Below, piece by piece: positions 36,428 through 45,868 of a stretch of 49,525 nt of DNA; the first letter of the stretch is position 1, and each line of letters starts with the position of its first letter. This DNA comes from a virus. Its lineage: Duplodnaviria > Caudoviricetes. The notes below the pieces were generated by a model that was not told the origin of the DNA, searched no databases, and worked only from the letters and a program-made list of their open reading frames with translations. The stretch is taken from the IMG/VR virus record IMGVR_UViG_3300035670_000319, positions 1 to 49,525 of that record; one strand, given 5' to 3'. The translations under genes were made by a program, and so were the position numbers.

Positions 36428-37234
36428 TTACCGCACGCCGCCCGGCGGCACCATGAAGCCCGGGTTGGGCGCGTAGCCCACGCCCGGTGCCTGGGGCATG
36501 CCCGGCATGGTGGGGGCCGGGGCAGCGACCGGAACCTGCGGCACCGGAGCACCACCGACCGGCATGCCCGGCATGGTGGGAGCCGGGGCAGGTGCTGCCA
36601 TTGCCGGCATCGGCGTGCTGGCCACCGGCATGCTGCTGGCGCCCGGCGGCAGCGTGTAACCGCCGGCCTGGGCCAGCACGGCGCCGACGTCCGGACCCGA
36701 GCGGATCTCCTCGCCGTAGCCGCACAGCTGCACGAAGTCGGGATTCACGTAGAGCCCGGGGGTCTGGCTGGGGGCGTTGCCGCGGATGCCGACATAAGCA
36801 CGCAGGTAGTCGCCGCGCTTGATGGCCTTCACGTCGGTGATGGTGGTACGACCGTCCGGTCCGACGACCTGGTACAGATAGCCGCTGCTGATCTTGAGGA
36901 TGATGTGGCCGGCGAAACCTTCACGGTTGGCGTAGGGCTTGCCCTGCTTGTCCACGCCGTCACCGTCGACCATCTTCCAGGCGAAGGCCGGCGCGCTGTA
37001 CTGACCCTGCGGCCAGTCACGCTGGGCAGCCTGCACCATGAGCGGCCACACGGTCGCCATGAACGCGGGATCAGACTTGGGGAACGCCAGTGCGACGTAG
37101 ACCTGCTGCTGCTTGGTGCCGTCCGGCTTGGTCTTGGGCTGCTTGGTGCGGTCGTCGATGACGTCTTCGAGCTTGAGGGGGTGGCCCTGCACGAGACGAC
37201 CGACAGGGGTGAGGACGCGAATGGGGTCAGCCAT
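36428..37234 (-). CDS. ssDNA-binding protein-like, with Pro-rich tail
   Basis: TPVGRLV, F.WK..DGD and G.Y.N...VQL.G.G motifs. Lies between the Cas4-like nuclease and the polymerase. Confidence 0.75.
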   Translation of the reverse strand: MADPIRVLTPVGRLVQGHPLKLEDVIDDRTKQPKTKPDGTKQQQVYVALAFPKSDPAFMATVWPLMVQAAQRDWPQGQYSAPAFAWKMVDGDGVDKQGKPYANREGFAGHIILKISSGYLYQVVGPDGRTTITDVKAIKRGDYLRAYVGIRGNAPSQTPGLYVNPDFVQLCGYGEEIRSGPDVGAVLAQAGGYTLPPGASSMPVASTPMPAMAAPAPAPTMPGMPVGGAPVPQVPVAAPAPTMPGMPQAPGVGYAPNPGFMVPPGGVR

Positions 37235-38375
37235 GATGCTTTTCTCCGAGGATGCGAATGATGCGGTTGGGGTCTTGTTTCACCAGCTTGACGCCGTTGC
37301 TGGGAACCTCACTGTACGCGGCAATGACGGCATCGTCAATACCGGCAGCTTTGGCTTGCGTCGGCGTAATCGGTTCTTCTTTCACGATGCTCAGGCTGTA
37401 CATCGCACCCAGCGACTTGAGCATGTCGAGGGTGTACTCGGGCTTCCAGCGACGGCGGCCCTTGGTATCTTGCAGACCGTAACCCGGCACCGGCTTGTTG
37501 CTACGCAGGAACTGCTCGGCCTGGGCGCGCATAGCGGTGAGTCTGGCGTCAATCGCTTCCTTGGCGCGTTCGAGCAGATCCAGCTCAAACGATACCGCTT
37601 CGGGCGTGACCGGCTCGATCATGCTGACGCCGGCATAGTCAACACTGGCCATCGCCGCACGACGCGCGGTCTGGCAGGCGTGACGACCCGGGCAGAATTC
37701 ACAGTGCGAGCCGGACAGCGTCGGCGGGTTGGGCTGCAAAGCGCGGGTGGCAGCATCCTCCAGCTGGTTGATGTGATCGCGAATACTGTGGGCAGGAAAC
37801 GCCCACTTGCGGATCGGACCTTCGGCGGTAAAGCAGCGCGGCTGCACAACGCGAAACTCGACCACGGCCTCCAGGTCCGACACCTGTAGAGCGTCGAGGA
37901 TGCCGGTTGCGTACACGATGAGCTGATCGTTCTCGACGACCTCGACTTCCTTGTGGCCGAACTTGTAATCCCAGACGATCAGGCGCTTTTTGCCGGGGAT
38001 GTACAGGTACGCATCGGGCGTGCCGTAGCAGTGCTCCGCATGGATACGCGGGACTTTCACGGGGGCCTCGACGACGAGAGTCAGCGACTTCTCCGACTGC
38101 TCGTAGTGCTTGACCGTGGCGAGCACGTCGTTGGCGTACACCTTGGCGCCGTCGATCATCTCTTGCGACAGGAACACACCGTTTGGTGCGACCGTGCCGG
38201 GCGCCGGTTCCTTGTGTCGGCTGATGATTCGTTCCGCAACCCAGTGCGATGCCGTACCCTCGCGCGTGGCGTCCGTGTCGGCCTGCGGAAACATGGCGAC
38301 CATCACGGCATAGCTTGGGCAGCGCCGCCATCCGGCGGCGCTACTCGGAGCGAGGAAGGCGTGAGCGCCGCTCAC
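37227..38375 (-). CDS. Cas4-like PD-(D/E)XK exonuclease (DUF2800-like)
   Basis: HA.LAPS....W..CP, EGT..H, GTPD, DYKFG, QL..YA and C.FCP....C motifs. Confidence 0.88.
   Translation of the reverse strand: MSGAHAFLAPSSAAGWRRCPSYAVMVAMFPQADTDATREGTASHWVAERIISRHKEPAPGTVAPNGVFLSQEMIDGAKVYANDVLATVKHYEQSEKSLTLVVEAPVKVPRIHAEHCYGTPDAYLYIPGKKRLIVWDYKFGHKEVEVVENDQLIVYATGILDALQVSDLEAVVEFRVVQPRCFTAEGPIRKWAFPAHSIRDHINQLEDAATRALQPNPPTLSGSHCEFCPGRHACQTARRAAMASVDYAGVSMIEPVTPEAVSFELDLLERAKEAIDARLTAMRAQAEQFLRSNKPVPGYGLQDTKGRRRWKPEYTLDMLKSLGAMYSLSIVKEEPITPTQAKAAGIDDAVIAAYSEVPSNGVKLVKQDPNRIIRILGEKHHG
37311..37339 (-). promoter_or_regulatory. Internal sigma70-like promoter for ssb/pol, with overlapping operator
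   Basis: Minus strand TTGACG-17 nt-TACAGT, containing TTGAC-GATGCC-GTCAT. Confidence 0.55.
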
Positions 38376-39130
38376 GGCTGGGCCGCCTGCAGATCGGCAT
38401 GCAGCGCCGCGTGCAGGTCGGGACGGGTGGCACCCAGCGCCAGGACGGGCAGGCCGCGGGCGTTGGCGATCGCATTCAGCTTCTGGATGTCGACGCCGCG
38501 CATCATCGCTTCCTGCATGGCCTGGCACACGCGCGGCCAGTCGATCGTTTCAGCCGCAGCCGGCTGGGTCACGGGGGCGACGGGCGGGGCGACCGGAGCC
38601 GGAGCGGCAGCGACAACCGGCGGCGCCACGGGGGCAGCGACAACCGGCGGCGCCACGGGGGCAGCGACAACCGGCGGCGCCACGGGCGGGGCGACCGGGA
38701 CGGTGACGGGGGCGGGGCCAGCGACAACCGGCGGTGCCACGGGCGGGGCGACCGGGGCCGGCGCAGCGGCAACACCCTGCCGGGCGCGCAGTTCCGCGAT
38801 GACGCTGTTGTACACGCTGTCATGCACGGCCTTGCGGCGGCGCCAGGTGCCGTCAGCCACGAGCGCCTTGCTGCTGCTGTGGATGCGCTCGTCCCAGGGC
38901 AGACCTTCCTTGTCGACGCTCGGCGTCGGACCTGTGGGAGCGGTCGGTTCCGGAGTGTCGGTGCTCTCGGGCTGCGCTGCGCTGGCGTTGGCGGTGGCGA
39001 CGGTGGGTGCAGCAACGAGGGGCAGCGGCAGCTGGTTGGCGCCACCCTCACGATGGTCGGCCAGCTCGTTGAGGAACTTGCCGACGAGTCGCAGTTCGGA
39101 CGAGGTGTGAATGTCAAGACTGATGTTCAT
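38372..39130 (-). CDS. Pro/Ala-rich protein with D..G.PWDERIHS...DG.WR motif
   Basis: The motif recurs in phage replication modules. ATG 39130 has GGAG 9 nt upstream. Confidence 0.75.
   Translation of the reverse strand: MNISLDIHTSSELRLVGKFLNELADHREGGANQLPLPLVAAPTVATANASAAQPESTDTPEPTAPTGPTPSVDKEGLPWDERIHSSSKALVADGTWRRRKAVHDSVYNSVIAELRARQGVAAAPAPVAPPVAPPVVAGPAPVTVPVAPPVAPPVVAAPVAPPVVAAPVAPPVVAAAPAPVAPPVAPVTQPAAAETIDWPRVCQAMQEAMMRGVDIQKLNAIANARGLPVLALGATRPDLHAALHADLQAAQP
38607..38686. repeat. 27-bp coding tandem repeat x3 (PVAPPVVAA)
   Basis: Units of gcagcgacaaccggcggcgccacgggg, with a degenerate fourth copy near 38717. Confidence 0.9.
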
Positions 39131-39153
39131 CTGTTGCATCTCCGTATGGGTTG

Positions 39154-39196
39154 TTGACGGGGACGTCAGTGAACCATATATTGCCGGCATCGTCAA
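39154..39196. promoter_or_regulatory. Divergent promoter region with two operators
   Basis: + strand TTGACG-17 nt-TATATT. Operators TTGAC-GGGGAC-GTCAG (39154) and TTGCC-GGCATC-GTCAA (39181). Confidence 0.7.
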
Positions 39197-39207
39197 CAGG
39201 AGGTTCT

Positions 39208-39429
39208 ATGCGATTCGGGGAGCGGGTGATGGATGCAACTGTCGCTTGGCGGCAAAAGACAGGCGGACGTTACGACCCGTCCGTGCTGTACGTCGGCAAC
39301 GAAGCGCGCGTGCAGATGCAAGAAGAAGCCGAACGCCAGTACCTTTACGTCGATGCCCACGGGCGGGCGTTCTACCAGGGACTGCTTGTCGTTGTTGTCG
39401 ATCAGCCCAAGTGGCTTGAGGTCGGTTGA
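39208..39429 (+). CDS. Small hypothetical protein
   Basis: AGGAGG SD. Confidence 0.7.
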   Translation: MRFGERVMDATVAWRQKTGGRYDPSVLYVGNEARVQMQEEAERQYLYVDAHGRAFYQGLLVVVVDQPKWLEVG

Positions 39430-39434
39430 GTCAC

Positions 39435-41108
39435 ATGCAACTCAGACCCTATCAGGAAAAAGCCTCGATCGAGACGGATGCAGCGTGGAATGACGGTGCC
39501 CGCAATGCGATTGCTGTGATGCCTACGGGCGCAGGTAAGTCGCTATTTTCAGCAGCCAAGGCCAAGCAGAACACGACGAGCGGGACGTGTGTGATCGCGC
39601 ACCGCGAGGAGTTGACGAGCCAGATGGCGCTTGCTCTTGCCCGGTGCGAGGTGAAGCATCGCGTGATCGGTCCGACCAAACTGGTCAAGACCATCGTGCA
39701 GGATCAGCTGGCGGAAATCGGAACCAGCTACTTTGATCCCAACGCGCCGGTCGCGGTTGCCGGCATCGATACCCTGATCCGCCGCAAGGAACAGCTGGCG
39801 CATTGGCTGCCGCAGGTCGGGCTGTGGATCATGGATGAAGCGCACCACGTCCTGCGCGAGAACAAGTGGGGCGAGGGCGTGCAGATGTTCCCGAACGCTC
39901 GCGGCCTAGGTGTCACGGCCACCCCGATGCGTGCCGATCGCAAAGGCTTGGGCAGTCACGCGATGGGCGTGTTTGACGCGATGGTGCTCGGTCCGACCAT
40001 GCGCGAGCTGATTAACCAGAAGTATCTGTGCGACTACATGCACGAGGGGCAGTGTCATATCTACTGCCCGCCGAGTGACGTTGACCTGACGCGTGTCGAC
40101 GTCAGTGCGACCACGGGTGACTTCGTGCAGCCGCAGCTCAAGCAGGCGGTGCGCGAGTCTCACATCGTCGGTGACATCGTCGAGCACTACTTGCGCCTGG
40201 CGCGCGGCAAGCTCGGCGTGGTCTTCGCGACCGACCTTGAGACAGCATCGGACATTGCCGCTCGATTCAAGACTGCTGGCGTACGTGCCGAAGCGATCAG
40301 TGGCAAGACACCGCATGCCGTACGTGTCGACCTGGTGCGTCGCTTTCGTCGTCGCGAAGTAGAAGTGCTGGTCAACGTCGATCTGTTCGGCGAAGGATTT
40401 GACCTGCCGGCACTGGAGGTAGTCATCTTTGCGCGACCGACGCAGAGCTATGGACTCTACGTGCAGATGTTCGGGCGCGTGCTACGCCCTGCTCCTGGCA
40501 AGCTGTTTGGCATGGTCATCGATCACGTTGGCAACGTGCTGCGTCACGGCGGTCCGCCGGACATTCCGCGCGTCTGGACGCTGGACAACCTGAGCGACCG
40601 TCGCCCGCGCGCCGCGCATGACGATGACGAGATCCCGCTGCGCCCGTGCGCCAACTGCACCCGTCCGTACGAGCGGTTCCTGTCCGCTTGTCCGTACTGT
40701 GGTCATCAGCCGGTGCCTGCCGATCGGAGCGCGCCGGAGTTTGTCGACGGCAACCTGATGCAGATCGACCCCGCGTGGATCATGCGCATGCACGGTGAGG
40801 TGCGCCGCATCGATGGCGACTTCAACGACGTGGCCCAGGCGATGCGACGTGCGGGTGCACCGGAAGCAGCGGTACGCGGCGCCATGAAGCAGCACGAGCT
40901 ACGTCGTGACGCACAGGGCGCGCTGCGCGCGAGCATCGCGTGGTGGGCGGGGCATCAGAAGTCGCTCGGTCGCAGCGATGAGGAAAGCTACGGGCGCTTC
41001 TATCACAGCTTCGGAATTGACGTACTATCCGCGCAGACTCTCGGTCGGCCCGAAGCAATCGCACTGGCGGACCGCATCAATCAATACATCGGGAGGAACG
41101 GACGCTGA
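39435..41108 (+). CDS. SF2 DEAH helicase with C-terminal zinc ribbon
   Basis: LRPYQ, PTGAGKS, DEAHH, TATP, EGFD.P, QM.GR.LR and C..C...CP.CG motifs. Confidence 0.95.
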   Translation: MQLRPYQEKASIETDAAWNDGARNAIAVMPTGAGKSLFSAAKAKQNTTSGTCVIAHREELTSQMALALARCEVKHRVIGPTKLVKTIVQDQLAEIGTSYFDPNAPVAVAGIDTLIRRKEQLAHWLPQVGLWIMDEAHHVLRENKWGEGVQMFPNARGLGVTATPMRADRKGLGSHAMGVFDAMVLGPTMRELINQKYLCDYMHEGQCHIYCPPSDVDLTRVDVSATTGDFVQPQLKQAVRESHIVGDIVEHYLRLARGKLGVVFATDLETASDIAARFKTAGVRAEAISGKTPHAVRVDLVRRFRRREVEVLVNVDLFGEGFDLPALEVVIFARPTQSYGLYVQMFGRVLRPAPGKLFGMVIDHVGNVLRHGGPPDIPRVWTLDNLSDRRPRAAHDDDEIPLRPCANCTRPYERFLSACPYCGHQPVPADRSAPEFVDGNLMQIDPAWIMRMHGEVRRIDGDFNDVAQAMRRAGAPEAAVRGAMKQHELRRDAQGALRASIAWWAGHQKSLGRSDEESYGRFYHSFGIDVLSAQTLGRPEAIALADRINQYIGRNGR

Positions 41109-42136
41109 TGGTCTATTACAACGAGATAGATCCGTACGCGGCGCAGTGGTTGAAGAACCTGATCGCGGCCGGACACATCGCTTTCGGTGTCGTTGACACG
41201 CGAAGCATTGAAGACGTAACACCAAACGACTTGAGGGGGGCAACACAATGTCACTTTTTTGCCGGGATCGGCGTGTGGTCGTACGCACTACGCAACGCGG
41301 GGTGGCCTGATGAACGACCTGTCTGGACAGGCTCATGCCCTTGCCAACCTTTCAGCGCGGCAGGCAAAGGTGTTGGGTTTCATGACGAGCGGCACTTGTG
41401 GCCCAGCTTCCACTGGCTCATTGAACAGTGCCGCCCTGCAATCGTCTTTGGAGAACAGGTTGCGAGCAAAGACGCAGATCCTTGGATCGACCTTGTACAA
41501 GCTGACATGGAAGCCTTGGGGTACGCTTTCGGGGCCGTCCCGTTCCCGGCTGCGAGCATCGGCGCACCGCACATCCGCGACCGACTTTACTGGGTGGGTC
41601 ACGCCAACTACGCGCGACTGGAAGGACAGCGGAGCGGACATCAAGTCCAGAACGGACGGCTCGGAGAGGTTCGATCAGCTGCCGCGACAGGCGAATCTGG
41701 CGGGCTGGCCGACACCCATGAGCGGGGACGGCCCGAAGGGTGGGCCAGGACAGAATTCAGCCTACCTGACGCCAACGGCGCACCTTGCGGGCTGGCCGAC
41801 ACCGATGGCCGGGACTCCCGCGCAGAACGGCAACAGCGCCGCGGGGAATACAGACAGCAGCCGTCAGACCGCGGCGCTATGCGGAGCGCAGATCGCCGGG
41901 CACAAGCTGAATCTGACGGAGGCCTGGTCGGGCCCGGCCCGACTAACTGCTTCTGGCGATCTGCTGACTGGCTGCTCTGCCGGGATGGAAAGTGGCGGCC
42001 AGTTGAACCCGGCACATTCCCGCTGGCTCATGGGGTTGCCGGCCGAGTGGGACGCCTGCGCGCCTACGGAAATGCGATCAACGCGGAAGCCGCGCGTGTC
42101 TTCATCGAATCCGTAATGGAGTGCATGCCATCATGA
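41108..42136 (+). CDS. C5 cytosine DNA methyltransferase, alpha-like chain
   Basis: FFAGIG (motif I), SCPCQPFS (IV), GEQV (VI), H.RDR (VIII), LRAYGNAI (X). Confidence 0.9.
   Translation: MVYYNEIDPYAAQWLKNLIAAGHIAFGVVDTRSIEDVTPNDLRGATQCHFFAGIGVWSYALRNAGWPDERPVWTGSCPCQPFSAAGKGVGFHDERHLWPSFHWLIEQCRPAIVFGEQVASKDADPWIDLVQADMEALGYAFGAVPFPAASIGAPHIRDRLYWVGHANYARLEGQRSGHQVQNGRLGEVRSAAATGESGGLADTHERGRPEGWARTEFSLPDANGAPCGLADTDGRDSRAERQQRRGEYRQQPSDRGAMRSADRRAQAESDGGLVGPGPTNCFWRSADWLLCRDGKWRPVEPGTFPLAHGVAGRVGRLRAYGNAINAEAARVFIESVMECMPS
41382..42116 (+). CDS. Overlapping alternative-frame methyltransferase beta-like chain (start uncertain)
   Basis: GW.TP repeats and [17 protein letters not shown] (motif IX-like), which the main frame lacks. 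Confidence 0.65.
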   Translation: MTSGTCGPASTGSLNSAALQSSLENRLRAKTQILGSTLYKLTWKPWGTLSGPSRSRLRASAHRTSATDFTGWVTPTTRDWKDSGADIKSRTDGSERFDQLPRQANLAGWPTPMSGDGPKGGPGQNSAYLTPTAHLAGWPTPMAGTPAQNGNSAAGNTDSSRQTAALCGAQIAGHKLNLTEAWSGPARLTASGDLLTGCSAGMESGGQLNPAHSRWLMGLPAEWDACAPTEMRSTRKPRVSSSNP

Positions 42137-42582
42137 CCCCTGAGCTATACGACTGGGCAGCACGGCACGGATTGTCGCAGTCAGCCGTGGCTGAGTTGCG
42201 CATGATCCTAGGGGCGGCAGGCAACGAGTTGCCGCGCCCGGAGATCCGCAACGACATGAGCGAGGCGGGCGTGCAGTCACGGGTGCGTCTCGAGGCCGCA
42301 CGCAAGGGCTACCTCGTCTTCCGCAACAACGTCGGCGCGATGGAGGATGTCAACGGCCGGGTCGTACGGTTCGGCCTGGCGAATGACTCCGCGGCGCTCA
42401 ACAAGCGCATCAAGTCCTGTGACCTGATCGGCATCAAGCCCGGTGGGCAATTCTGGTGTCGCGAGGTCAAGCACGCGTCGTGGCACTACACTGGTACGGA
42501 GCGCGAGGAAGCGCAGCTCCGATTCATTCAACTGATCCTGAGTCTGGGCGGCGATGCTGCCTTCAGCACCGGGGGGATTTGA
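42133..42582 (+). CDS. VRR-NUC family nuclease
   Basis: SEA.VQ, FRNNVG, DLIG, EVK and Q..F......GG.A motifs. Confidence 0.85.
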   Translation: MTPELYDWAARHGLSQSAVAELRMILGAAGNELPRPEIRNDMSEAGVQSRVRLEAARKGYLVFRNNVGAMEDVNGRVVRFGLANDSAALNKRIKSCDLIGIKPGGQFWCREVKHASWHYTGTEREEAQLRFIQLILSLGGDAAFSTGGI

Positions 42583-42608
42583 CCATCCGGTCAATCCAGA
42601 GTTACCCT
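42579..42608 (+). promoter_or_regulatory. Operator/promoter upstream of the TetR-like gene
   Basis: Palindrome TTGAC-CATCCG-GTCAA; TTGACC-18 nt-TACCCT. Confidence 0.55.
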
Positions 42609-42635
42609 TACCGTCACTTATCTAAGAGCAATTCA

Positions 42636-42944
42636 ATGTCCAATCGTACACGTATGTCGAAGGCGGATCGTACCGAGGAAATTCTCAAGGCGACGACCGA
42701 ACTGGCCGACCGTCACGGGCTGGCCGGTATCACGCGCGAGATGATCGCCAACCGCCTCGGCATCAGCACGGGGCTCATCAACTCGCATTACGGCACGATG
42801 CAGCAGCTGCGGCGCGCGGTGATGCGGCGTGCCGTCCAGGGCCGCAACCTCAAGCTGATTGCCGAGGGTCTGGTACTTAACGATCCGGTGGCGCGAAAGG
42901 CGCCGGACGAACTGCGCAAGGCTGCCGCTGCTGCCATCGTCTGA
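42636..42944 (+). CDS. TetR-like HTH transcription regulator
   Basis: R.EEIL.A...L....G....T...IA..LGIS.GLI..HYG. Confidence 0.85.
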   Translation: MSNRTRMSKADRTEEILKATTELADRHGLAGITREMIANRLGISTGLINSHYGTMQQLRRAVMRRAVQGRNLKLIAEGLVLNDPVARKAPDELRKAAAAAIV

Positions 42945-42955
42945 GGTAGCCGATT

Positions 42956-45352
42956 ATGCTACCTGTACCGCTCAGACCCCTGGCGGCGTACCGGCAGTTC
43001 ATCCTGTGGCGTCTGGCTGACGGGACCAAACTGCCCGTCTCACCGCGCGACGGCACGGTCTGCGACGCACATGACGCCAGCCATTGGGTCAGTTACGACG
43101 AGGCCCAGCAGTATCAGCGCCTGCACAATGCTACGGGGGTTGCGTTCGTCATCACCCAGGCGGCAGGCTTCTGGTTCCTGGACATCGACAAGTGCCTGAC
43201 GCCCGCCGGCACCTGGTCACCCCTGGCGCTGCACCTGTGTGAGCGCCTGCACGGTGCCGCCGTCGAGGTATCGCAGTCAGGCAAAGGCTTGCACTTGTTC
43301 GGCCGCGGCACGGTGCCGCCACACGGCTGCAAGAATGTCTCGCTCGGCATCGAACTGTACACCGACCGCCGCTTCGTGGCACTCACAGGCATCAACGCCA
43401 TCGGCAACGTCACGCACGATGCGAGCGCGCAGATCGCCAGTGTGGTCGCCCAGTTCTTCCCGACCGATGGTGAGGTGGGCGGCCCTGGTGAAGCGAACTG
43501 GCAGGATGTGGCCTCGCCCGACTGGTCTGGTCCGGCCGATGACGGCGAGTTGCTGACGCGCGCTCTGTCCGCCCGGCAGAGCGCGGCGCAGATCGTCGGT
43601 GGCCGTGCAACTTTTTCCGCCCTGTGGTATGGCGACAAGGCCGTGCTGGGCGCGGCGTTCCCGGACCCCAACGGTCGCCCGTACGATGCGTCCAGTGCGG
43701 ATGCCGCGCTGGCCCAGCACCTGGCGTTTTGGACGGGTCGCAACACCGAGCGCATGCGCCGGCTGATGCTGCTCTCGGCGCTCAAGCGCGACAAGTGGGA
43801 TCAGCACCGCAGCTACCTGTGGCGCACCATCCACAAGGCGTGCTCGCGGCAGCCCAAGGTACTCGCCGCCAAGCCGGAACGCCAAGCCGCACCGCCGCCG
43901 ACACCGATGCAGGAAGTGCCGCAGCGTGCCGGTGGTGACGAGCTGGTCGGGCGGATCAAGGTGGGTTCGCAGTTCATGACGCTGCAGCAGCAACTCGAAT
44001 ACTTCCGCGACTGTGTGTACATCAGCGATCAGCATCGCGTCGTCACGCCGATGGGTATCCTCAAGCCGGAATCGTTCAAGGTCATGTACGGCGGGTTCGA
44101 GTTTGCGCTGGACGGTCAGAATGACAAGGTCGGCAAGGACGCGTGGGAAGCCTTCAGCAACAATCGTGGCGTCGAGTTTCCCAAGGTGGACGGCGCATGC
44201 TTCCGCCCTGAAGCGGGCGAGTACAACATCGTCCGCGAGGAAGGGCGCCGGCTCATCAACGTGTACCGCGCGATCCACACGGAGCGCAGCGATGGCGACG
44301 TGACGCCGTTCCTGGCGCACATGACCAAGATCCTGCCGGTCGAGCGCGACCGTGAGATTCTGCTCGGCTACATGGCGTCGGTCATCCAAAACCCCGGCAA
44401 GAAACTGCAATGGTGGCCGGTGATCCAAGGCACCGAGGGCAACGGCAAGTCGGTTATCGCGCGCGTCATGGAGCACTGTGTCGGCAAGCTCTACAGTCAC
44501 ACGCCCAAGGCTGACCAGCTGGCGGACAGCGGCATGAAGTTCAACTCCTGGCTCGCGAACAAGCTGCTACTCATCATCGAGGAGATCCGTGTCGGCGACC
44601 GCGTCGAGTTGCTGGACGCGATGAAAGACCTGGTGACGAATGACCGCCTTGAGATCCAGGGCAAGGGGCGCGACCAGGTCACGGGTGACAACCGCGCCAA
44701 CGGCATCATGTTCACCAACTATCGCGACGCCATCACGGGGGCCAATCCCGACAAGCGCCGGTACTGCATCTTCTACACGGCCCAGCAGTCGCGCGACGAC
44801 CTGGAGCGTGACGGCATGGGCGAGAACTACTTCCCGCGCCTGTACGACTGGCTGCGCGGCGGTGGCTACGCTGCGGTCAACGGCTACCTGCGCCAGTACG
44901 TCGTGCCGGAGTGGATGCGCAACGCGGTCATGACGCGTCCGCCCGAGACGAGCAGCACGCGCGACAGCTACCGCGAGTCGCAGGGACCGATCGAGCAGGA
45001 AATCCAGAATGCGATCGACTCTGGTCGCGTCGGCTTCATGGGCAACTGGATCAGCGGTTACTGGCTGGATCAGCTGCTGCGTGAGATCGGGCGAGCGCGT
45101 GCTGTCTCGCACCAGCGCCGCACGCAGATCCTGCAGAGCATGGGCTACGTGCCCCATCCGAATCTGCCCGAGGGCCGTGTGACCAACCCGCTGCCGGCCG
45201 ATGGCAACAGTCGCGCCCGCATCTTTGTGCGCAAGGGCACGCTGCAGGCACAACTCAAGCAACCCTCTGAGATAGCATCGCGCTACCTCAAAGACCAGGG
45301 CATGGGCGTCATCGCGTACGCACCCTATGCCAAACCCCAGGAGCAGGTATGA
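42956..45352 (+). CDS. Primase-polymerase / SF3 helicase fusion (NrS-1-like)
   Basis: FLDIDKC, EVSQSGKGLH, IELY...RF, S.AD.AL...LAFW and G.EGNGKS...IEE motifs. Confidence 0.9.
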   Translation: MLPVPLRPLAAYRQFILWRLADGTKLPVSPRDGTVCDAHDASHWVSYDEAQQYQRLHNATGVAFVITQAAGFWFLDIDKCLTPAGTWSPLALHLCERLHGAAVEVSQSGKGLHLFGRGTVPPHGCKNVSLGIELYTDRRFVALTGINAIGNVTHDASAQIASVVAQFFPTDGEVGGPGEANWQDVASPDWSGPADDGELLTRALSARQSAAQIVGGRATFSALWYGDKAVLGAAFPDPNGRPYDASSADAALAQHLAFWTGRNTERMRRLMLLSALKRDKWDQHRSYLWRTIHKACSRQPKVLAAKPERQAAPPPTPMQEVPQRAGGDELVGRIKVGSQFMTLQQQLEYFRDCVYISDQHRVVTPMGILKPESFKVMYGGFEFALDGQNDKVGKDAWEAFSNNRGVEFPKVDGACFRPEAGEYNIVREEGRRLINVYRAIHTERSDGDVTPFLAHMTKILPVERDREILLGYMASVIQNPGKKLQWWPVIQGTEGNGKSVIARVMEHCVGKLYSHTPKADQLADSGMKFNSWLANKLLLIIEEIRVGDRVELLDAMKDLVTNDRLEIQGKGRDQVTGDNRANGIMFTNYRDAITGANPDKRRYCIFYTAQQSRDDLERDGMGENYFPRLYDWLRGGGYAAVNGYLRQYVVPEWMRNAVMTRPPETSSTRDSYRESQGPIEQEIQNAIDSGRVGFMGNWISGYWLDQLLREIGRARAVSHQRRTQILQSMGYVPHPNLPEGRVTNPLPADGNSRARIFVRKGTLQAQLKQPSEIASRYLKDQGMGVIAYAPYAKPQEQV

Positions 45353-45651
45353 CTATGACACCACCCAAGCCGCGCGTCAGTGCGCCGGACGTGCTGCAGG
45401 CGGGCGCCGATGCGCTGCGTGATCGGGCGGCGCAGCGTGACCAACCGGGCGGTGAGCGCAGCATGGCGCGGGCAGTGGCAGCCTTCAACGCCATGTACGG
45501 CACGCAGCTGACGACCGTGCAGGGCTGGCAGTTCATGGTGCTGCTCAAGATGTCACGGGCGGCAAGCAACCCGGCTATCTACCGGGCGGACGATTATGTG
45601 GATCAGAGCGCGTACAGCGCGCTCGCTGGCGAGGAGCACGGCAATGGCTGA
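45349..45651 (+). CDS. DUF6378-like protein
   Basis: R....D...ERSM, GWQFM.LLK..R and D...D...Y.AL motifs. Confidence 0.7.
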   Translation: MTMTPPKPRVSAPDVLQAGADALRDRAAQRDQPGGERSMARAVAAFNAMYGTQLTTVQGWQFMVLLKMSRAASNPAIYRADDYVDQSAYSALAGEEHGNG

Positions 45652-45868
45652 TATGGACCCGCAGATGCGGCAGATGCTCGAGCGCATCATGGTGGAGATG
45701 CGCGGCATGTTCCCGTCGCACTTCCGCCTCACGCTGCTCGCACGTAACGCGAGCCTGACGGCACCCGATCGCGACATCATGATTACCGAGGATCAGCTCG
45801 ACAAGGCCGTCAAGGCGCTCGATCGCATCCACATGGAATCGCTGCTCACCCGTGGTGGCCTGAATTGA
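45644..45868 (+). CDS. Hypothetical protein
   Basis: GAGGAG SD, coupled to neighbours. Confidence 0.65.
   Translation: MADMDPQMRQMLERIMVEMRGMFPSHFRLTLLARNASLTAPDRDIMITEDQLDKAVKALDRIHMESLLTRGGLN

Noticed and set aside
34409-37261. 950-aa + strand ORF (also 12528-14567, 2661-3908, 16734-18152 and 43277-44500 on the - strand)
   Set aside because: Antisense shadows of real genes caused by GC-rich codon bias. No recognisable motifs.
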